Program-made: the position numbers and the translations under genes
From: Minisyncoccota bacterium
GTDB lineage: Bacteria > Patescibacteriota > Minisyncoccia > Phycocordibacterales > DAORIS01
Assembly (NCBI GenBank): GCA_035438625.1
Contig: DAORIS010000002.1
Coordinates: forward strand, 34,832 to 98,831
Reading direction: 5' to 3'
Length of the DNA stretch: 64,000 nucleotides
The notes under the pieces: generated by a model
Told to the model about the DNA's origin: nothing
What the model saw: only the letters and a program-made list of their open reading frames with translations
The model's database searches: none
In this document: positions 59,204 through 64,000 of the stretch, piece by piece
Numbering within the stretch: position 1 is the stretch's first letter
Layout: every line of letters begins with the position of its first letter

Positions 59204-60292
59204 ATGAAAAAAGTATTCGTCTCTGGTTGTTACGACATTCTTCACGCTGGCCATATTCAATTTTTTAAAGACGCACGAGCACTCGGTGACCACCTCACTG
59301 TTTCTTTTGCAAGTAAAGACGTACTCGCACTTTCTAAAAAGCGTAAACCTTCACTCCCAGACGACCACAAGATGATTATCATCGGTTCCCTTTCCTGTGT
59401 TGATGAAGTGGTCACTAGTTCAGACCTAGACCCAGTTTTTGATTTCAAAAAGAATATCAAACGAATAAAACCAGAAATTTTGGCAGTTACGGAAGACGAC
59501 AGGAATGCTGAAGTAAAACGCCAATTTTGTGCTGAACAAGGAATTAAGTTCGTTGTCTTACCAAAACGCCGAACCGCAAGCTTGGCATCAACAACATCAA
59601 TCCTTGCTGGCATCCACAATGTGTCAGAACTCCCCCTTCGTGTTGATTTTGCTGGTGGCTGGTTGGATGTTCCAAGATTTTCTAAAAAAGGTACATTCAT
59701 CGTAAATTGCACAATCACTCCTAAGGTATCTCTATCAAATTGGCCATACGAACAAGGTGGTGGACTTGGTGGATCTGCGGCATACGCACTACTACAAGTT
59801 AAGAATGGCGTAGCATCAGAAATTGATTTAGGTGTTGGCTGGCAAGACCCTGCCGTAATCAATGAAACCGGACTCTGTGTATGGCGCTCAGGAAAAGAAC
59901 CTGTCCTCGATGCAAAGTTTCATCCAGACTGGCTAGCAGGAAAAATGTTAATCGTGTGGACAGGTACATCTCATGTAACACCCGGACTGGTTGATAAAAA
60001 ACGAGATTTTAAATTAATTGCAAAAGCAGGAGGTTTGGCAAAGGACGCTGTATACAAGAAAAGTCTCCCGGGGTTAGCAAGAGCAATCAACACAAGCTAC
60101 AAAGTTCAAATTGGTGAAGGAATGGAACCCCTACAAAATATTGTAGGATCAATTGCAAAAAAATATCTTGGTGGAGGCCACGGTGGATACTCTCTCTATT
60201 TATTTGATAGCGAAAAGAAGCGAGAAAAGGCATTCAAAAAGATCGGTGAAGCAGCGAAAAAAATTGAGCCTTATATAAAGCCAATACAGTAA
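59204..60292 (+). CDS. Fusion of a cytidylyltransferase-like (HIGH-type nucleotidyltransferase) domain and a GHMP-kinase-like domain
   Basis: N-terminal VSGCYDILHAGHIQFF (TagD/RfaE-domain-II type). Downstream GGGLGGSAAYALL (GHMP kinase motif II-like). Confidence 0.55.
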   Translation: MKKVFVSGCYDILHAGHIQFFKDARALGDHLTVSFASKDVLALSKKRKPSLPDDHKMIIIGSLSCVDEVVTSSDLDPVFDFKKNIKRIKPEILAVTEDDRNAEVKRQFCAEQGIKFVVLPKRRTASLASTTSILAGIHNVSELPLRVDFAGGWLDVPRFSKKGTFIVNCTITPKVSLSNWPYEQGGGLGGSAAYALLQVKNGVASEIDLGVGWQDPAVINETGLCVWRSGKEPVLDAKFHPDWLAGKMLIVWTGTSHVTPGLVDKKRDFKLIAKAGGLAKDAVYKKSLPGLARAINTSYKVQIGEGMEPLQNIVGSIAKKYLGGGHGGYSLYLFDSEKKREKAFKKIGEAAKKIEPYIKPIQ

Positions 60293-60308
60293 CCTCTACA
60301 GCGAACCT

Positions 60309-61562
60309 ATGAGATCAGTCTTTTTATCCCTCCCAAAGCCTCTAAAAAAACTGCTCTTGCGAATATATGAGGATATCTGGACACTCGTATGTCTTTTTCG
60401 GTCTGGAGTATACACAACAGGAAAAAAATCTACTCCGCACACAAAACCTCGTATTTTATTTTTTCACCCAACAGCACTCCGGTTTGGCGGCACTGAAAAA
60501 TTACTCCAAGGACTTGCCAGACACTTCAACCCTGACAAATACGATGTGTATTTTATGTATGGAACTGAAACCGATTCAGAGCAGATACAAAATGCACAAG
60601 ATCGAAAGACATATGTTTCCCAAAACTCTTCGGTGACCTTTATTCCTTTTTCATATTCCACAATCGAGAAAAAATTTCCTTTCTTTATCAAGGACATGAA
60701 ACCAGACCTTCGAGGAGTCATTTCTACATATGAAATCAATGTACTGGTAGTCGCATGCTCTGGACACTCTCAATTCCCACATAATGTTGTTCGATCTATT
60801 CCGATCATTATTTTTAATATTTTTGGCTCACCAACTGCACAACCAAATGTAATTAAACACCTTTGTGTGTCTCATGAAGTAGGGAGCAAGGCTCTACGAG
60901 TAACAGACAGTTCTAGTGTTGGAGTTTTTTATAACCCATCCGAAGAACCTGATACCCGGGCAACAGAAAGAGGATTAGAGCTACGAAAAAAATTAGGTAT
61001 TCCAGATAATGCCACAGTATTTGGAAGAATCGGCCGTGCAGATAATGCTATTTTTGACCCAATTGGTATCAATGCATTTGAACAGTTAGTTCATACATAT
61101 CCTGAGGCGCATTACATAATTATGGCAACCCCACCAATCCTTCGAGATATCGTTAGAGATCGAAATATTCCAAACGTACATTTCATAGAACCTAGCGCAA
61201 AAGAAGATGACATCTGGGCATTTCACAAAGCTATTGATGTGCTTGCGCACTTTCGAGCAGACGGTGAATCTTGTGGGTTAAATATCATCGAAGCAATGAT
61301 GGCTGGTCGTCCAGTTATTTCTCACAAGACAAACATGTGGAACGCACACCTCGAATACCTTGATACCACTTTTAGTCGAATTGCAGAGCAACACGACTGG
61401 AAAACATATCTCACACACATGAAAGAATTTGTTGAGTTACATCGAGCGGGAACATTGATATCTTTAGGAAACGCAGCAAGTAGTAAGGCACTCGACATGT
61501 TTTTGTTCAAGAAAAAGGCTCAGGAGTTTGAAAAGATAGTTGATACCGTATTAAAGAAATAG
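60309..61562 (+). CDS. Glycosyltransferase family 4
   Basis: RFGGTEK N-terminal box and C-terminal E...GLNIIEAMMAGRPVIS signature. Confidence 0.7.
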   Translation: MRSVFLSLPKPLKKLLLRIYEDIWTLVCLFRSGVYTTGKKSTPHTKPRILFFHPTALRFGGTEKLLQGLARHFNPDKYDVYFMYGTETDSEQIQNAQDRKTYVSQNSSVTFIPFSYSTIEKKFPFFIKDMKPDLRGVISTYEINVLVVACSGHSQFPHNVVRSIPIIIFNIFGSPTAQPNVIKHLCVSHEVGSKALRVTDSSSVGVFYNPSEEPDTRATERGLELRKKLGIPDNATVFGRIGRADNAIFDPIGINAFEQLVHTYPEAHYIIMATPPILRDIVRDRNIPNVHFIEPSAKEDDIWAFHKAIDVLAHFRADGESCGLNIIEAMMAGRPVISHKTNMWNAHLEYLDTTFSRIAEQHDWKTYLTHMKEFVELHRAGTLISLGNAASSKALDMFLFKKKAQEFEKIVDTVLKK

Positions 61563-61580
61563 ATTATAATTCGTACATTC

Positions 61581-62444
61581 ATGAAACAATTCCTTCGAAA
61601 ATTTGTCCTCTCAACCTTTGGAAAATCAGTGTTATTGCTTCCCCACTCACTTACTAATCAATCACAACCAACAGCGGCAAAATCAGTCCATGGATTTTGG
61701 TACGTAGGTAACGTATTTAATACAAGTTCAATTGCCTATGGAGTAGCCAAGAACGGAGAGGTTGAGAAAGAAGAGGTAGCTGTTGCAATTTCAGTTCTAA
61801 AACAACTACCACCAAATTTCTCCTTCGTAGATATTGGAGCACACACTGGGTACTACAGCATTCTTGCATCAACACTTTTTCCACAGTCAAAGATCACCGC
61901 AATTGAGCCAGGTAAAGAATTCATTGAGGAATTCAAGATGAGTGTTGATCTAAACAAGATTACAAACATTTCAATACTGGAAGTGGCAGCTGGAAAAGAG
62001 AGTGGGGCCGGCACACTCCACATGCAAGGATCTGGTAGCAGCCTCTCTCCATGGTTTAAGAGTGAAACATCAACTGAAGCACGAACCGTACAAATTAAAA
62101 CACTCGACGAACTATTCCACAGTAAACAGCCAGTAGATTTTATTAAAATAGACGCTGAAGGCTTTGAGTATGAAATCCTTCAAGGTGCAAAATCTCTACT
62201 CTCTTCTGAAAAACCACTACTATATGTAGAAGTTGGCGGAGATCTTTCGGTACTAGATAGAAAATCAACTAACCCACACTTTAGCCAGACCTTTGAATAT
62301 ATGAAGTCTCTTGGATACACCGCATACGAATTCGAAAGTGGAAAAGGTCAAAAAGTGAATCCAACTAATCCGTGGAGTGGTATTCGAATGTGTCTTTTTA
62401 CTCACAATGAAAAGCACAGAGACGTTGCAAGAAACATTTCATGA
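61581..62444 (+). CDS. FkbM-family methyltransferase
   Basis: FVDIGAHTGYYS box and DFIKIDAEGFEYEIL box. Confidence 0.7.
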   Translation: MKQFLRKFVLSTFGKSVLLLPHSLTNQSQPTAAKSVHGFWYVGNVFNTSSIAYGVAKNGEVEKEEVAVAISVLKQLPPNFSFVDIGAHTGYYSILASTLFPQSKITAIEPGKEFIEEFKMSVDLNKITNISILEVAAGKESGAGTLHMQGSGSSLSPWFKSETSTEARTVQIKTLDELFHSKQPVDFIKIDAEGFEYEILQGAKSLLSSEKPLLYVEVGGDLSVLDRKSTNPHFSQTFEYMKSLGYTAYEFESGKGQKVNPTNPWSGIRMCLFTHNEKHRDVARNIS

Positions 62445-63355
62445 TTACTATTTTAACCAGACCTCCTACCCTATCAATTCTTACTATTAAAGAATTGGCT
62501 GCTGAAATTCTGGGTAGAACTCGGGGACCTAGAGCTGTTGTTGAGAGCTTAAAGCGAGGACTCACAGAAATTGGAAGCGAATTCGCTGTTAATTCTCTTG
62601 GTGTAACTGATACCACCCATGTCATTAGCGGCGCCACAACTTTAAAGTACGCAATTAACAAAAAGCGTCAGGGAAAAATCAAAAAACTAATTGCAGGACC
62701 AGTAATTAGTATCACTCCAACTGATCACGACAGTATTATTTTGTCCCCCGAGATCGACCTCATTTTGTTTCCATCTCAATGGACAAAGGATTTCTTTGTT
62801 CACCAATCCCCCTCGCTTGCCGACAAGATTAAGATTTGGCCAGCAGGTACCACAATATCTAATGACGTATCTCCACGCTCTCACAAACGTGCACTATTGT
62901 TTATAAAAAACCAAGATATTGTTACAGAAGCACGAGTTACTAAAGAACTTATACAGCTGGGCTACCAAGTCGTTCGTATGGAGTATGGAACTTTTGGCCA
63001 GAAAGAATACTTCAAAAACCTCTTAACATGCAGTTGCATGGTGTATATGAGTTTTTCTGAAAGCCAAGGACTAGCAATACAAGAGGCGTGGATGCGCGAC
63101 GTGCCTACACTTGTATACAACCGAGGTTTTTGGCAAAGCGGAACTGACATCTGGAAAGACTCAAGAATATCTGCACCATACCTCGACGCACGTGCTGGCA
63201 TGTTCTTTTCTCCCGATGAAAACATTGAGATGGACACTCGAACGTTTATTGAAAAACTTCCCTCTTACACACCACGAGTGCGGGCACTCGAACTGTCAGA
63301 CGAAGCATGTGCCAAAAAATATATTGATATAATTAGTTCCAATGAAGCTGCGTAA
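62441..63355 (+). CDS. Putative glycosyltransferase (GT-B C-terminal-domain-like)
   Basis: SESQGLAIQEAWMRDVPTLV resembles the E..G....EA...G.P GT4 C-terminal signature. The N-terminal half is not recognised. Confidence 0.4.
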   Translation: MITILTRPPTLSILTIKELAAEILGRTRGPRAVVESLKRGLTEIGSEFAVNSLGVTDTTHVISGATTLKYAINKKRQGKIKKLIAGPVISITPTDHDSIILSPEIDLILFPSQWTKDFFVHQSPSLADKIKIWPAGTTISNDVSPRSHKRALLFIKNQDIVTEARVTKELIQLGYQVVRMEYGTFGQKEYFKNLLTCSCMVYMSFSESQGLAIQEAWMRDVPTLVYNRGFWQSGTDIWKDSRISAPYLDARAGMFFSPDENIEMDTRTFIEKLPSYTPRVRALELSDEACAKKYIDIISSNEAA

Positions 63356-64000
63356 CCTCCTTACTCCCTCTCGATATTTTGAATTTGCACTCCGCATTCT
63401 TGCTGGAGGACAGATTACGTATAGCCAACTCGGTGAAGATCTGATTCTTAAACATTTGATGCACGGACAAAAGAGCGGTACGTATATTGATATTGGCGCA
63501 AATAATCCACGCTTTTTAAGTAACACGTATCTCTTTTACAAAATGGGCTGGAAGGGACTATGTGTTGATCCAAATCCTTCCAAAATTAATGCTCACAAAA
63601 TTTTCAGACCAAAAGATATTGCTGTCATTTGTGGCGCAGGACCCAAGGGAACACTTACGTACTACCTATATTCTGACGACGGATTAAACACATCTTCGGA
63701 AGAGACTATGGAGTCGTACGCAAAAAAAGGGATACAGCCGATCAAAAAAATCGAAACTTCACTCTTCCCTCTTCACGAGCTTGCAAAGGCACACCTGCCT
63801 CACCTGCCAATAGATATTCTCTCACTTGATACTGAAGGAAATGACATGGCGATCCTCACATCAAATGACTGGTCAGTGTGCTCGCCTCGATACATAATTC
63901 TTGAGACACTTGAATACTCTCCAACAGGACTAGGCGCCAAACTCAATCCTATGTATGATCCATATTTAGTATCGCTTGGATACACCCCAATTGCTGAAAC
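63342..64000 (+). CDS. Second FkbM-family methyltransferase (3' end beyond the window)
   Basis: Absent from the ORF track because no stop codon falls within the window. Translation gives MKLRNLLTPSRYFEFALRILAGGQ...YIDIGANNPRF...LSLDTEGNDMAIL, the FkbM signature. Confidence 0.6.
   Translation, partial: MKLRNLLTPSRYFEFALRILAGGQITYSQLGEDLILKHLMHGQKSGTYIDIGANNPRFLSNTYLFYKMGWKGLCVDPNPSKINAHKIFRPKDIAVICGAGPKGTLTYYLYSDDGLNTSSEETMESYAKKGIQPIKKIETSLFPLHELAKAHLPHLPIDILSLDTEGNDMAILTSNDWSVCSPRYIILETLEYSPTGLGAKLNPMYDPYLVSLGYTPIAE

Overview
This 64 kb window looks like a chromosomal segment from a small-genome, low-GC bacterium. Dense short genes, weak or absent Shine-Dalgarno sites, many small tRNA-flanked genes and a surface-glycan-rich gene content make me suspect a CPR/Parcubacteria-like organism, but that is an inference. 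Most of it is housekeeping: ftsA (partial), ftsZ, trxB, msrA-msrB, tsaD, valS, hsp20, lepA, murJ, gatB, obg, gpmI, eno, a PLD/cardiolipin-synthase-like gene, secA and murB. The ORF track misses six tRNAs (Ser-CGA, Glu-UUC, Val-GAC, Phe-GAA, Arg-CCU, Gly-CCC) and a ~370 nt RNase P RNA (rnpB) on the minus strand at 24836-25203; the spurious ORFs predicted there should be discarded. Four blocks are not ordinary housekeeping. (1) A flavin-trafficking module at 4172-7075 (exported FMN-binding-domain protein, ApbE flavin transferase, polytopic membrane protein with a ferredoxin-NADP-reductase-like C-terminus). (2) A cell-surface block at 25231-30586: a 1203-aa secreted protein with seven tail-fibre-type G-N-V-G-I-G-T-x-x-P repeats and a C-terminal self-cleaving chaperone (Peptidase_S74-like) domain, next to a secreted protein with two peptidoglycan-binding domains and a glycoside-hydrolase-like domain. 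(3) A GC-rich PEP-CTERM protein gene (34687-35340) behind a perfect consensus sigma-70 promoter, with no exosortase in the window. (4) A surface-glycopolymer cluster of about 19 kb (45231-64000) with Wzx, several GT2/GT4 enzymes, a Gtr-like three-component set, two LicC-like nucleotidyltransferases, a GDPD-like protein, a cytidylyltransferase-GHMP kinase fusion and two FkbM methyltransferases. I also found a promoter-to-terminator candidate small RNA upstream of msrA, a 49-aa basic protein gene missed by the ORF track, and an AT-rich helix-turn-helix ORF that overlaps the 3' end of tRNA-Arg. I see no CRISPR array, integrase, reverse transcriptase or recognisable toxin-antitoxin pair. All calls are by eye from motifs; none has been checked against a database.
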